A stretch of 64,000 nucleotides of DNA from Candidatus Cloacimonadales bacterium. GTDB taxonomy: Bacteria; Cloacimonadota; Cloacimonadia; Cloacimonadales; JAFGVF01. The notes under the pieces were generated by a model. That model searched no databases, was not told the origin of the DNA, and saw only the letters and a list, made by a program, of their open reading frames with translations. Made by a program: the position numbers and the translations under genes. Location: the NCBI GenBank assembly GCA_963678315.1, contig OY782781.1:1440001-1504000 (forward strand). The letters run 5' to 3'. This document shows positions 1-10,677 of this stretch, one piece after another; within the stretch, counting starts at the first letter, position 1, and the number at the start of each line of letters is the position of its first letter.

Positions 1-61
1 ACAGATAACACAGATAATCACAGATAAAGAGTATTTAAATAGATTCAGTGTTCCGTGGCTA
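1..61. repeat. Short REP-like tandem motifs (ACAGATAA x3; TTCAGTGTTCCGTGGC), cut by the window edge
   Basis: acagataacacagataatcacagataa at 1-27 followed by gattcagtgttccgtggcta; similar in style to the TTTCGTG repeats at 49.8 and 50.0 kb. Confidence 0.5.
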
Positions 62-88
62 GCAAGATGTTCATTTATATCTACTAAT

Positions 89-1522
89 TTACCAGCCAGC
101 TTTAGATACTTTCCAGTTACCTTGCAAATATATTACGAAGGCTATTAATACTGCTGCTGTATTACTGAAAACCATTGAAACCCATAATGCTTCGTAGGGA
201 TAAGGATTTAAAATATTTCCTAGGTAAACAATCATATCTTCAGCAAAACTAAATATCCCGAGTTCTTTGGTGAGGAAGAATCCAGACAGAAGGTAGGCAA
301 GAGGTAACCTAAAAATCCACAATCTACTAATATTAAATACAAGTGTAGATTTTGTATGACCAGCTCCGTTAAATACGCCCATAAAGACCATTAAAATACC
401 GAATATCCAGGTTGCATAAGCCGAAATCTTGAACATTCTATCGCCAATGTCTTGTACTTCAGCATCTTTAACGAAGAATTCTGTAAGACTGCTTCCGTAG
501 AAATAGACATATAAACACCCAAGAGTCATTATTGACATAACTAAGAAAAGTGCATAGTAGAAGCTTTTAGTAGCTCGATGTGTTTTTTTAGCTCCAAGGT
601 TTTGTCCAACAAGAGTTGCTAGAGCATTAGAGATTCCCATTGCTGGAAGCATAAATACTCCCATCATTCTGTTACCTATTGAATTAGCCGAGATTACAGA
701 GGTACCAAATGAATTAACTAAGCCTTGCATTAGAATAAAGCCAAAGGATGTTGTTGATTGACCGATAGAAGCAGGGACACTAATCTTAAAAATGTTCTTC
801 ATTACCTTCTTTTGAGGAATCATGTCGGACAAACTAGGTATATAGTCTTTATACTTCTTATAGAAGACAATTCCTGCCATTAATGTGGCAATTATTCTAC
901 TAATCAAGGTTGCTATAGCAGCTCCTTTTAAACCTAACTCTGGGAAAAACCAAAGACCGAAAATAAGAAGAGGGTCTAGAATTAAGTTTAGTACTACTGT
1001 AGCCACTTGTATATACATTGGAGTTACTGAGTCACCAAAACCTGTTGTAATACTTTGAAATACCATGAAGAACATCATTGCAATCATACCATACATTATG
1101 TATGTTATATACATTATAGCATCATTATATATTTCTGGGGGAGTATGCAAAAATTTAAGTAAGAAAGGTAGAAGGGTATGAGTAATTATAGTAAATAAAA
1201 TAGTAAAAGCTAACAAGATAGGCATAAACTGGCCAATGGTAAGCTTGATTTTATCGAGACTGTTTTCCCCTTTAAACTTTGCAACTATGGCAGTTCCAGC
1301 AACAGTAAATCCAGAAGCAAAAGCCATAATGAAAAAGCTTATTGGAAAAGCCATTCCAGTAACTGCGACTGCTCCTTTAGCCCCAAGAGCTATTTTTCCC
1401 ACCCAATATGTATCTACTAAATTATAGAGCGTTCCCATAAAATTAGCCAACATTATTGGTAATGATAAGAGTAAAAGATTCTTAAGGATGCTTCCTTCGG
1501 TAAGATTAGTTATTTTTTTCAT
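89..1522 (-). CDS. MATE family efflux transporter
   Basis: LTEGSILKNLLLLSLP...YNLVDTYWVG start, NLILDPLLIFG...GLKGAAIAT motif, LVGQNLGA, about 12 TM segments. Confidence 0.93.
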   Translation of the reverse strand: MKKITNLTEGSILKNLLLLSLPIMLANFMGTLYNLVDTYWVGKIALGAKGAVAVTGMAFPISFFIMAFASGFTVAGTAIVAKFKGENSLDKIKLTIGQFMPILLAFTILFTIITHTLLPFLLKFLHTPPEIYNDAIMYITYIMYGMIAMMFFMVFQSITTGFGDSVTPMYIQVATVVLNLILDPLLIFGLWFFPELGLKGAAIATLISRIIATLMAGIVFYKKYKDYIPSLSDMIPQKKVMKNIFKISVPASIGQSTTSFGFILMQGLVNSFGTSVISANSIGNRMMGVFMLPAMGISNALATLVGQNLGAKKTHRATKSFYYALFLVMSIMTLGCLYVYFYGSSLTEFFVKDAEVQDIGDRMFKISAYATWIFGILMVFMGVFNGAGHTKSTLVFNISRLWIFRLPLAYLLSGFFLTKELGIFSFAEDMIVYLGNILNPYPYEALWVSMVFSNTAAVLIAFVIYLQGNWKVSKAGW

Positions 1523-1752
1523 ATTAATTCCTCACTTGAAACTTGTGAAAGAATCACATTTCTTAAAAGAAGTTTCAGGTTAAGGTAAAATTCTTATTTT
1601 GGTTTATAATGTCAATTGATAGTTACAGAACTTATTAACTAATCTATCTAGAACTAAATTATCAAGGTAGTAGACCGAATAAAATTCTTGACAATCTGTA
1701 TATATTTTAGTAATAATAAACTTTTGGTTATTACATAAACAAGGAGCCAAGT

Positions 1753-3669
1753 ATGAGAAGAATATTATTTTTAGTTTTGTTAATAGTATTGATGTCGACT
1801 TATATATTTGCTACAAATTTTGAGTATAAGTTAAATGTATTAAGTGATGATCTTGCAGTTGAAGATTTGGTATGGGATAGTCATGGTAAAACTTGTGCTG
1901 TGCTGAATATTAGTAAATCATCATTAAATCTATTGAATATTAAAGAAATCAGCTTTTTTCCCACAAATGAAGTTTATAAGAGCAATTTAGAAGAACATGA
2001 CAATCAGAAATACTGGCTATCAACAGAAATAAAGAGAGTTGATTTAATAACTAACAGCAATGAAAGAGTTAGTCTAGATATTAGAAGTAAATTACAATCT
2101 CGAAAAAGTTACAACATGGAAATTGTTCCTAAAGTTGCTAAGACAATCTTGATTGTTAATATAAACATTCCAGGAGCAACAGTAACAATAAACAACAATG
2201 TTATCGAAGTTGTTGGAAATCAAATTGAACTCGATTTATTCCCAGGACAGTATCATTTATTAGTTGAAAAAGAAGATTATTCTACTGTTGAAAAAAGGAT
2301 TATTGTAACAGAAAATGGAGCTGAAACCAACATTGAATTGGAAAGAAATGAAGGAACCCTGATTATTTCTACAAGCCCTGAAAAAGCTAATGTTATGTTA
2401 AATGGTGTTTCCTATAATAAAAACACCGATGCCAATTTATCAGAAGGGAAATATAATGTTGTAATATCATTACCTAATTATGAAACAATTTATGATTCAA
2501 TTGTTTTAGATGGTGGTGATTATATAACCAAGTCTTACGAACTAACAAAGAAATTACGAGATGTAAGTTTTGATGTATCACCTGAGTGTTCAAATTGTAT
2601 ATTTAAAAATGGTAAATATAAAGTATACAGTTGGGTAGGAGATAAAGAACTTGAAGACCTTGATTATGGTGAGTACCATTTAACTATAGATTGTACAGGT
2701 TATAACAAAGTGGACGAAATTGTTTATATTGATGATATGTCTCCTAGTTCTTTTGTTTACAACCTTACTGAAAAAGATAAAATGTTAAGGTTCACATGGC
2801 CAAATCTTCCAGAGAGATATGAAACAAAACTTACAATTAAACATGATGGTAAAATATTACACTATGGAGGCAAACTTGAAGATTTCAAGTGTCCTGAGAA
2901 AGGTAAATATTCTATTTCTGTAAGTATTGTTAGTAAGAATGATAATGCTGATTGGCAGGAAAACTATTGTGTTAAAGTTGAGGGATTTGAAGAACATGTT
3001 GATATTAGAAGCGATTGGAATACTAACTTGCACAAGAGAGATAGATGCTTAGGTTCAGCCAAAAGAATATCTTATATTATGAGTCCACATGGAGGTTGGT
3101 CTAGTATGGGTAATTATGCTGGGCTGACAATTCTAGAAGGTTATTCTTGCAACAAACATGGCTTTAATGTTCATCTTGTTGGAGGCATGCTTGAAGGAAC
3201 AATTTATCAGGCTCTTAACGATGAGTATATTATTGGTATAAATGCTGCATATTTAGGTTTCGGATTCCATTATATAACCCAAGATTATGGCTTCTCTAAT
3301 TCACTTGATTTTATAGCAAATGCAGGAGCTATTGGCTCACCAAGTAAGCTGAAATTCAATATCGATATGGATGGCGATGATGTAATTCTATTAAAAGAAG
3401 AGGTGAATGCTGATACTAGCGTTGAATATGATAACCAAGTTTATCAATATGTGCCTTTTCAAGTTAAATATCGTATGGACACCTTCTTATTTAGCTCAAG
3501 TTTCTATTTACTTGCTACAGCTAATTTAACTATGACTCCTTATGATTTTAACTGGTATTCTAAGAAAGCTTATGATAATCTTACAGAAACTAACTATAAT
3601 AAGCTAGAGATTGTTTCAGATAATACTTATAGAATGTATTACACACTTGGTTTAGGATTTAGATTTTAA
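1753..3669 (+). CDS. PEGA-domain protein with signal peptide and probable C-terminal outer-membrane beta-barrel
   Basis: Signal peptide; repeated PGATVTIN...LFPGQYHLLVEKEDY and STSPEKANVMLNG...LSEGKYNVVISLPNY units; ends YYTLGLGFRF; AAGGAG RBS. Confidence 0.75.
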   Translation: MRRILFLVLLIVLMSTYIFATNFEYKLNVLSDDLAVEDLVWDSHGKTCAVLNISKSSLNLLNIKEISFFPTNEVYKSNLEEHDNQKYWLSTEIKRVDLITNSNERVSLDIRSKLQSRKSYNMEIVPKVAKTILIVNINIPGATVTINNNVIEVVGNQIELDLFPGQYHLLVEKEDYSTVEKRIIVTENGAETNIELERNEGTLIISTSPEKANVMLNGVSYNKNTDANLSEGKYNVVISLPNYETIYDSIVLDGGDYITKSYELTKKLRDVSFDVSPECSNCIFKNGKYKVYSWVGDKELEDLDYGEYHLTIDCTGYNKVDEIVYIDDMSPSSFVYNLTEKDKMLRFTWPNLPERYETKLTIKHDGKILHYGGKLEDFKCPEKGKYSISVSIVSKNDNADWQENYCVKVEGFEEHVDIRSDWNTNLHKRDRCLGSAKRISYIMSPHGGWSSMGNYAGLTILEGYSCNKHGFNVHLVGGMLEGTIYQALNDEYIIGINAAYLGFGFHYITQDYGFSNSLDFIANAGAIGSPSKLKFNIDMDGDDVILLKEEVNADTSVEYDNQVYQYVPFQVKYRMDTFLFSSSFYLLATANLTMTPYDFNWYSKKAYDNLTETNYNKLEIVSDNTYRMYYTLGLGFRF

Positions 3670-3848
3670 TGTTTATTTATCCTAGTAATTTGTATTAATT
3701 AATCTTTATAAACGTGCATTTAAGTAATAGTAAACGATTAATGTGACAGTCTATCCAAAAAAGATGTAACTTAGGAAAATAAATTGCATTATATAATATA
3801 GAATTGTATAAAACTTATAATTCTTAAAGACTGTGGGGAGAATTAAGC

Positions 3849-6683
3849 ATGAAATCGAAAATTGTAATTACAGATATTGGTAGTACGACAACTAAAGCTA
3901 TCCTATTAATGAATAAAGAAGGTAAACTTAAACTTATAGGATCAGTTGGTGCTGGGACTACTGTGGAAAGCCCTTGGGAAGATGTAAAGATAGGTGTATA
4001 CAATTCAATTAAAGGTCTTGAAATTAAGACTAATCAGAGGCTTTTAGCTGAAGCTTCTTCTGCAGAAAACTTGAAGTTCCAGCCAGATGTTGACTATTTA
4101 ACAACAAGTTCAGCTGGTGGAGGCTTGCAGATATTAGTTATGGGTCTAACACTATCTGATTCTGCGAAAAGTGCTGAAAGAGCAGCCTATGGAGCTGGTG
4201 GTGTTATTCTAAATACACTAGCTATAAATGATAAACGCTCTACGTATGAACAATTAACAATTATAAATAAATCACATCCAGATATTATTCTCTTGTCTGG
4301 TGGTACAGACGGAGGAGCTTATACTGGCGTAATTAGAATGTCGGAGATTCTCGCATTGGGTAAACCTTCTCCTAAGTTTTCACAAGATGATCGAATACCA
4401 CTTATTTATGCAGGTAATCAGGATGTAAAAGACTTTATTGCTACCCTATTCTCTTCTAATTTTAATCTTAAAATACTAGATAATATACGTCCAGAGATGG
4501 ATGTTGAAAAACTAGACCAGATAACAGAGACAATTCACGAGTTGTTCTTATCAAGTGTAATGGAACAAGCACCTGGATATTCAGGGTTAAAAGCTAAAAC
4601 AGCAAGTGATATCTTACCTACACCAGTAGCGGTTTTGACTTCATTAGATTTGATTAGAAGTAAAGTCGGTAACTCGATATTGAAAGTAGATATTGGTGGT
4701 GCGACTACTGATATGTTCTCGGTGATTAAGAATCATACTTCTCGGACAGTAAGTGCAAACTATGGCATGAGTTATAGTATTTCAAATGTTTTAGCTAATT
4801 ATGGTTGGGAAGAATTGGATAAGTTAATTCCGAAAAGCTTAGACCAGCGAGTAGTTAGAAACTATATTGGTAATAAAATGCTAAATCCAACTTATGTTCC
4901 AAAGGATGATATAGAAATTTGTATAGAGCAAGCTGTGGCTATTGCTGCTTTAAGGCTCTCGATGGAACAACATTATGAAATGCACTTCAATACTGTCAAA
5001 ATAGGCTTTCTCGAACATGTGAAGTCTGTTTATAGAGACCCTTTCTATGACCAGATGCACCAAGAAAAGATTGAAGAAGAATCTAAATTCCATCATTCAG
5101 ATATTCAGTTAGCAATAGGGGCTGGAGGTGTAATCTCTCATGCTCCCAAAGCTGAACAAGCTATGTATGTTATTGCTCAGGGTTTTAAAGTCGAAGGTAT
5201 TACTAAGATTTGGCGTGACCATGACTTTATATCTCCACATTTAGGGGTGTTTAGCAAGGTTGAGAAGAGTTCAAGTATAGATTTATTAATGAATGATTGC
5301 TATGAAGAATTAGGTACAGTAATAGTTCCAAAAATAACTTCTAAGAAGGATAACTTTGTAGCTATGACCTTAACAATTGATGGGAATATGTATCCTATTA
5401 AAGTGAATCAAAGTAGATACTTTAAACTAAACAAAGAACAAGAAGTTCATGTTAAATTACATTCTAATTGCTTAATAAAGGATAAAGACAGTGATTTTAC
5501 TCTCAAGGTAAATAAATCACTTTTAGTTACTAGCTATCAAGCTGATAAAATAAATTATAAAGATGTTATCAAGGAAATGAACCTTTATAACTTTACTACT
5601 GAAAATATAGAAATCATTAATTATATGAATAGGAATGAGATTGTTATCAAAGAAGGACACTTTAGTGATAAAGTTCAACTTCCGTATGAAGGAAAGATAT
5701 TGGCAAGTAAGGGCTATAGTTTGGGACCAAATGACAACTATGGTGTAAATGAATATTCCTTCCCAAAAATCTATATTATCTCTTTAGCAAAGCTTCTTGG
5801 AAAAGACTTCAATTACGATTATGTAAGGAACAATCTAAATCTCAGACCAGGTGATGTTATTAAGTATGGACAAACATTAATAGGGAATGCTGAATCTCCA
5901 GTTAAAGGAATTGTCAAAGACATTAATTACACTACTGGTACTATACTAGCTAAGGAATTACAGGACTATACAACTAAACCGGTTACTATCAAAATTGCTA
6001 AACAAATTGGAGTTAAGAATAAGCATCTTAAAGGCTATTTAGCAGTCAAGAAAGATGAATTTGTCTTTGAGGGTAAAATATTGAACAGGTTTGTAGCAGG
6101 TAAAACTTTAAAGATAGTTCAAGCACCAATATCTGGAAATATTATAGATATTAATCTAGAAGAGGGTAGCTTGACTATTCAGTATCTGAAAACTCCATAT
6201 TACCATAAGATAGGGCTTGAATGCCAGATAGAAAAAGTTCATGATAATGGTGTAGAATACAGCTATAATGGGATAGAAATTCAAGGTATAATAGGATTCG
6301 GATCTCAGAATAATGGCTTGATAGACTTAGTAGATGAGATAACATTAGATAATGACCTTTCAGATAAAATGATAGCCTTCAATGGCAAAGCTAGCTACAA
6401 TGATTTAAAGACTTTGGAAAATAACAATATTAAAGGTCTCATTGTACCTAGTATAGATAACCTTGATCTAGTGAAATTTATCGGTAAAGATATTGGAGTA
6501 GCTCTTACAGGAGATGAAGATATACCTTATCCAATATTTGTTATGAAAGGATTTGGAGATTATAAATTTACTGACCAAGTAATATCAATATTCAAGAAGT
6601 ACAGAAATCACAATTGCTTATTGATTCCAAACACTCAGATTAGGGCTGGGGTTACAAGACCAAAAATAATTATAAATAAATAA
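3849..6683 (+). CDS. Glutamate mutase L (GlmL/MutL)-like ASKHA ATPase fused to an uncharacterised C-terminal region
   Basis: TDIGSTTTKA and VDIGGATTDMFS phosphate loops, TSSAGGGL, LLSGGTDGG, TVSANYGMSYS; extra ~350 aa ending TQIRAGVTRPKIII. Confidence 0.8.
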   Translation: MKSKIVITDIGSTTTKAILLMNKEGKLKLIGSVGAGTTVESPWEDVKIGVYNSIKGLEIKTNQRLLAEASSAENLKFQPDVDYLTTSSAGGGLQILVMGLTLSDSAKSAERAAYGAGGVILNTLAINDKRSTYEQLTIINKSHPDIILLSGGTDGGAYTGVIRMSEILALGKPSPKFSQDDRIPLIYAGNQDVKDFIATLFSSNFNLKILDNIRPEMDVEKLDQITETIHELFLSSVMEQAPGYSGLKAKTASDILPTPVAVLTSLDLIRSKVGNSILKVDIGGATTDMFSVIKNHTSRTVSANYGMSYSISNVLANYGWEELDKLIPKSLDQRVVRNYIGNKMLNPTYVPKDDIEICIEQAVAIAALRLSMEQHYEMHFNTVKIGFLEHVKSVYRDPFYDQMHQEKIEEESKFHHSDIQLAIGAGGVISHAPKAEQAMYVIAQGFKVEGITKIWRDHDFISPHLGVFSKVEKSSSIDLLMNDCYEELGTVIVPKITSKKDNFVAMTLTIDGNMYPIKVNQSRYFKLNKEQEVHVKLHSNCLIKDKDSDFTLKVNKSLLVTSYQADKINYKDVIKEMNLYNFTTENIEIINYMNRNEIVIKEGHFSDKVQLPYEGKILASKGYSLGPNDNYGVNEYSFPKIYIISLAKLLGKDFNYDYVRNNLNLRPGDVIKYGQTLIGNAESPVKGIVKDINYTTGTILAKELQDYTTKPVTIKIAKQIGVKNKHLKGYLAVKKDEFVFEGKILNRFVAGKTLKIVQAPISGNIIDINLEEGSLTIQYLKTPYYHKIGLECQIEKVHDNGVEYSYNGIEIQGIIGFGSQNNGLIDLVDEITLDNDLSDKMIAFNGKASYNDLKTLENNNIKGLIVPSIDNLDLVKFIGKDIGVALTGDEDIPYPIFVMKGFGDYKFTDQVISIFKKYRNHNCLLIPNTQIRAGVTRPKIIINK

Positions 6684-6702
6684 TAAAGGATAAAGCTAGT
6701 AA

Positions 6703-8799
6703 ATGAAACACTTAAAGATAGTTAATCTTAAGTCTGGAAGTCCAGAAAATAAGAAATTAGAATTAAAAGCCTATTTAGAAAATACATTTAATATAGAAGA
6801 TGAATTATATAAGACTCTCAAAAGTGATGAAAGCTTTTATCTGAGAGCAGATGCATTACGTCATCCCTTAATATTCTACTTTGGTCATACTTGTGCCTTC
6901 TACATGAACAAGTTGATTCTTGCAGGGCTTATTCAAAATAGAATTAATCCTAAAATAGAATCTATGTGTGCAGTTGGGGTTGATGAAATGTCATGGGATG
7001 ACCTCAACGAGGCTAATTATGATTGGCCTCTAGTTGCTGATGTAAGAATATTTAGAAAGCAAGTAAAAGAATTGCTAGATAATCTAATTGATGAAATGCC
7101 TCTAGAAATGCCGATTAATTGGGATTCTCCTTGGTGGGCATTGGTTATGGGTATGGAACATCAAAGAATTCATATTGAAACTTCTTCTGTGCTAATAAGG
7201 CAGCTTCCAATTAATCAAGTAGTTGAAAGCAAATTCTTCCCTACTTGTGACGAGTTTCCTCCAGCGCCTAAGAATGAACTAGTGAATGTTTTAGGAGGTT
7301 CAGTTGCTTTAGGTAAAACTAAAACAAATGCTTATTATGGTTGGGACAATGAATATGGTGTTCATAAAGCAGATGTGAAGAATATGAAGGTTAGCAGATA
7401 CTTAGTCTCAAATCAAGAGTTCTTAGAATTTGTTGAAGCAAAAGGCTATGAAAATCAATCGTATTGGACTGAAGAAGGTTGGGGTTGGGTAACTTATACT
7501 AAAGCTAAATACCCATTGTTCTGGATTGAACAGAATGGAAAGTGGTATCAGCGTAATATGACTAATATCATAGAGATGCCTTGGGCTTGGCCGGTTGAAG
7601 TTAATTATCTAGAAGCAAAAGCTTTTTGTAATTGGAAAACTCAAGTAACTGGAGAAAACTATAGAATGCCTACTGAAGATGAATGGTATCAATTCTATGA
7701 AATTACCGGTTATCCTGATATTCGCAAAGGCGAAAAGATAATAGCTAATATTAACTTAGAAGATTGTGCTTCTTCAGTGCCTGTAAATAAATATCGTTCT
7801 GATTCATTGTTTGATGTGATTGGCAATGTATGGCAGTGGACAGAAGTTCCTATCTATGCATTTAAAGGTTTTGCAGTTCATCCTTGGTACGATGATTTTA
7901 CAACTCCTACATTTGATGGGCAACATAACTTAATCAAAGGTGGTTCTTGGGCTTCAACAGGTAATTTAGCTATTCCAGAATCACGTTATGCTTTCAGAAG
8001 ACACTTCTACCAGCATGCAGGCTTCAGATATCTTAAAACAGATGAACCTGTGCAAACATTTGATAATATTTATGAAGAAGACCCAGTTGTAGTTGCTGAA
8101 TGTGAAAGAGGCTGGGGAGAAGAGAGATTTGGTATTAGAAACATCTCTCTCAAGCTTTCTGAAATAGCTTTTGATGTCGCTATAAACAAAGACAGAGCTA
8201 TGGTAATAGGTTGTGGGACAGGTAGAACAGCATTTGAACTTTCTAAAGAATTTGACCATGTAGAAGGACTAGATAATTCAGCAAGAGCCTTTAAAATGGC
8301 TGTCGAACTTCAACAGAAAGGACATATTCATTATATTACCTATAACGAAGGAGAAAATAGTTACTATAATGAAAAGTATTTGGCTAACTTTGGTTTAGAC
8401 CAGGTTTCTGATAAAGTTAAATTCTTCCAAGCTGATCCTTCTAATTTACTAGATAAGTTCAAAGGATATGATCTGATTATTTCAGAGATGATGCTAAATA
8501 AAACCTATAAACCAGCTAACTTCTTGGAAGAAATATCTAAACGCTTGAATGATGACGGTATTCTTATTCTCGCTAACTATGCTAGATGGCAAGAGAGTGT
8601 ACCAAATCAAGAGAATTGGCTTGGTGGTTATCGTGGAGAGGATGGTGAAATTGTTGAATCAGCAATGACTATTCAACGCATTCTTGAAAAGGATTTCGAC
8701 CTAATCAAAGAACCTAGACAGCTATCTTATATTATTCCAGTTGATAATTATTTATCTGAACTAAGAAATGCTGATATTACTGTTTGGAAGAAGAAATAG
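6703..8799 (+). CDS. ovoA: 5-histidylcysteine sulfoxide synthase (OvoA) with C-terminal methyltransferase-fold domain
   Basis: LRHPLIFYFGHT, VGVDEMSWDDL, iron motif HQRIHIE (HX3HXE), YGWDNEYG, HPWYDDFTTPTFDG, RYAFRRHFYQHAGFR, GCGTGR. Confidence 0.92.
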   Translation: MKHLKIVNLKSGSPENKKLELKAYLENTFNIEDELYKTLKSDESFYLRADALRHPLIFYFGHTCAFYMNKLILAGLIQNRINPKIESMCAVGVDEMSWDDLNEANYDWPLVADVRIFRKQVKELLDNLIDEMPLEMPINWDSPWWALVMGMEHQRIHIETSSVLIRQLPINQVVESKFFPTCDEFPPAPKNELVNVLGGSVALGKTKTNAYYGWDNEYGVHKADVKNMKVSRYLVSNQEFLEFVEAKGYENQSYWTEEGWGWVTYTKAKYPLFWIEQNGKWYQRNMTNIIEMPWAWPVEVNYLEAKAFCNWKTQVTGENYRMPTEDEWYQFYEITGYPDIRKGEKIIANINLEDCASSVPVNKYRSDSLFDVIGNVWQWTEVPIYAFKGFAVHPWYDDFTTPTFDGQHNLIKGGSWASTGNLAIPESRYAFRRHFYQHAGFRYLKTDEPVQTFDNIYEEDPVVVAECERGWGEERFGIRNISLKLSEIAFDVAINKDRAMVIGCGTGRTAFELSKEFDHVEGLDNSARAFKMAVELQQKGHIHYITYNEGENSYYNEKYLANFGLDQVSDKVKFFQADPSNLLDKFKGYDLIISEMMLNKTYKPANFLEEISKRLNDDGILILANYARWQESVPNQENWLGGYRGEDGEIVESAMTIQRILEKDFDLIKEPRQLSYIIPVDNYLSELRNADITVWKKK

Positions 8800-8820
8800 T
8801 CGATTAATAATAATATAATT

Positions 8821-8850
8821 AAGGTGTAAGATTTCTTACACCTTTTTTTT
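8821..8850 (+). terminator. Intrinsic terminator after ovoA
   Basis: aaggtgtaaga-tt-tcttacacctt followed by a T run. Confidence 0.85.
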
Positions 8851-8920
8851 ATTAGACAATATTATATATATTTGTAGAAATTGATTAATTGATTATGTAG
8901 TTAAATTATAAGAGGAATAT

Positions 8921-9787
8921 ATGATATTTGAACGGGTCACAATTAGCCATAAGGGCGAAAAGTTCGATGTTGATATTAAGCGATTTGATAATTCAAGATC
9001 TTTAAAGTTATATATGAGTGATGGGAATATAAGAGTAACTACCTTTCCTGGCTGTACTAAAAAAGTGATAAAGAGCTTTGTTAATCAGCACAAAAAGGAG
9101 ATTATTGATCACTATCTTTTTTTTAAGAACAAAAGAATTGAAGAAGATAAGATTGCAAGAAATCTTTCCTTTGATATCTTCTATTTAGGTAGGAAGCTAA
9201 ATCTAAAGGTCGAACGCCTAGAACTTCAAGAAGTAACAGAAGAACCAGAACCATTATCACCAGAAGAACAAATGAGACTTTATATTGATGCATTAGCTAA
9301 TGATAAAGCATTACCAGAAGACCTTACACCTATTAAAGAATCACAGCCGGAAATCGAAAGAAGCTATAAGCTTGTTGATGATACACTGATTGTTAGCATT
9401 GCTCCTGATGATGATCATAATGTGGTAATCTCTCTGATAAAAGAGTTTTATAAAGTTCAAGCTCAAAAGATTATCACTCAAGATACTTATAAGTTTGTTA
9501 AAGAGATTTTTGTTAAATTTATACCTGAAGTTGCAGTCCGTGATATGGTCAAGCAATGGGGAAACTGCAAGTATAAGGCTAATAGACTTTCATTTAATAG
9601 AAGGCTAATTAGACTTCCAAGAAGATTAATCGCCTTTATTATCCTCCATGAACTTGCTCATTTTGTGCATCCTAATCACGGTAATGATTTCCATACTTTA
9701 CTAAATCAATGGGTAGCTGGTAGAGAGAAAGAGTTTGACGAAGAGATGAAAGAATGGAGCTTTGTATTATTAGATAAAATATTATAG
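8921..9787 (+). CDS. YgjP/DUF45-like zinc metallohydrolase
   Basis: QWGNC, IILHELAHFVHPNHGNDF (HExxH). Confidence 0.85.
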   Translation: MIFERVTISHKGEKFDVDIKRFDNSRSLKLYMSDGNIRVTTFPGCTKKVIKSFVNQHKKEIIDHYLFFKNKRIEEDKIARNLSFDIFYLGRKLNLKVERLELQEVTEEPEPLSPEEQMRLYIDALANDKALPEDLTPIKESQPEIERSYKLVDDTLIVSIAPDDDHNVVISLIKEFYKVQAQKIITQDTYKFVKEIFVKFIPEVAVRDMVKQWGNCKYKANRLSFNRRLIRLPRRLIAFIILHELAHFVHPNHGNDFHTLLNQWVAGREKEFDEEMKEWSFVLLDKIL

Positions 9788-9795
9788 AGGTATCA

Positions 9796-10668
9796 ATGAA
9801 AAATCCTGTAAAAAAGGTCTGTGCTATTCATGATTTAGCTGGACTAGGGCATGTTTCTTTAAATGAAGTTATAAGTATAATGACTAATATGGGGCATCAA
9901 GTTGTTTCATTACCAACAGCTGTTCTTTCTTCGAATACAGCTTATAAGAATTTTCGATTTGTTGATTTAACAGACAATATGCAAAGCTTTATTGACCACT
10001 GGAAAGAAGTAGGTATTGTGTTTGACGCTATCTATAGTGGATTTTTAGGTTCACCTCAGCAAATAGAAATAGTTAAAAAACTCATTATAGATTTTAAGAA
10101 TCCTAGTCAAATTGTGGTTGTCGACCCAGTATTTGGTGATGATGGTGAACTGTATTCTAGCTTTGATTTAACAATGGTTGAAGAGATGCGAAAGCTAGTT
10201 GAATCAGCTGACATTATAACTCCCAATATCACTGAAGCTGCTTTCTTGTTAGAAGAAGACTATCCTGATTTCTTAGATATCAATACTGCTAAAGATTGGT
10301 GCAAAAAACTATCTGACTTTGGTCCTAAAGTAGTAGTTTTAACTAGTGTTCCAGAAGATATAGCTCACAAGAGAACATCAGTAATTGCTTATAACAAAGA
10401 AGAGAAAAGGTTCTGGAAAGTTTCTTGTGATTATATTCCAACAAGTTATCCAGGTACAGGTGATGCTTTTACTAGCGTCTTGTTAGGAAGTCTAATGCAA
10501 GGGGATAGTCTGCCAATAGCATTAGATAGGGCTGTACAATTCATATCTATTGGTATTAGGTCAACTTATGGATTTAAACATGATATCTCTGAAGGTATCC
10601 TCTTGGAAAGAGTTCTACATTATTTAAAAGCTCCTATCCCGATTTCTTCTTTTGAAATATTGGATTAG
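9796..10668 (+). CDS. pdxK: Pyridoxal/pyridoxamine kinase
   Basis: AIHDLAGLG, DAIYSGFLGS, VVDPVFGD, ITPNITEA, PGTGDAF. Confidence 0.88.
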   Translation: MKNPVKKVCAIHDLAGLGHVSLNEVISIMTNMGHQVVSLPTAVLSSNTAYKNFRFVDLTDNMQSFIDHWKEVGIVFDAIYSGFLGSPQQIEIVKKLIIDFKNPSQIVVVDPVFGDDGELYSSFDLTMVEEMRKLVESADIITPNITEAAFLLEEDYPDFLDINTAKDWCKKLSDFGPKVVVLTSVPEDIAHKRTSVIAYNKEEKRFWKVSCDYIPTSYPGTGDAFTSVLLGSLMQGDSLPIALDRAVQFISIGIRSTYGFKHDISEGILLERVLHYLKAPIPISSFEILD

Positions 10669-10677
10669 CCTATTACT

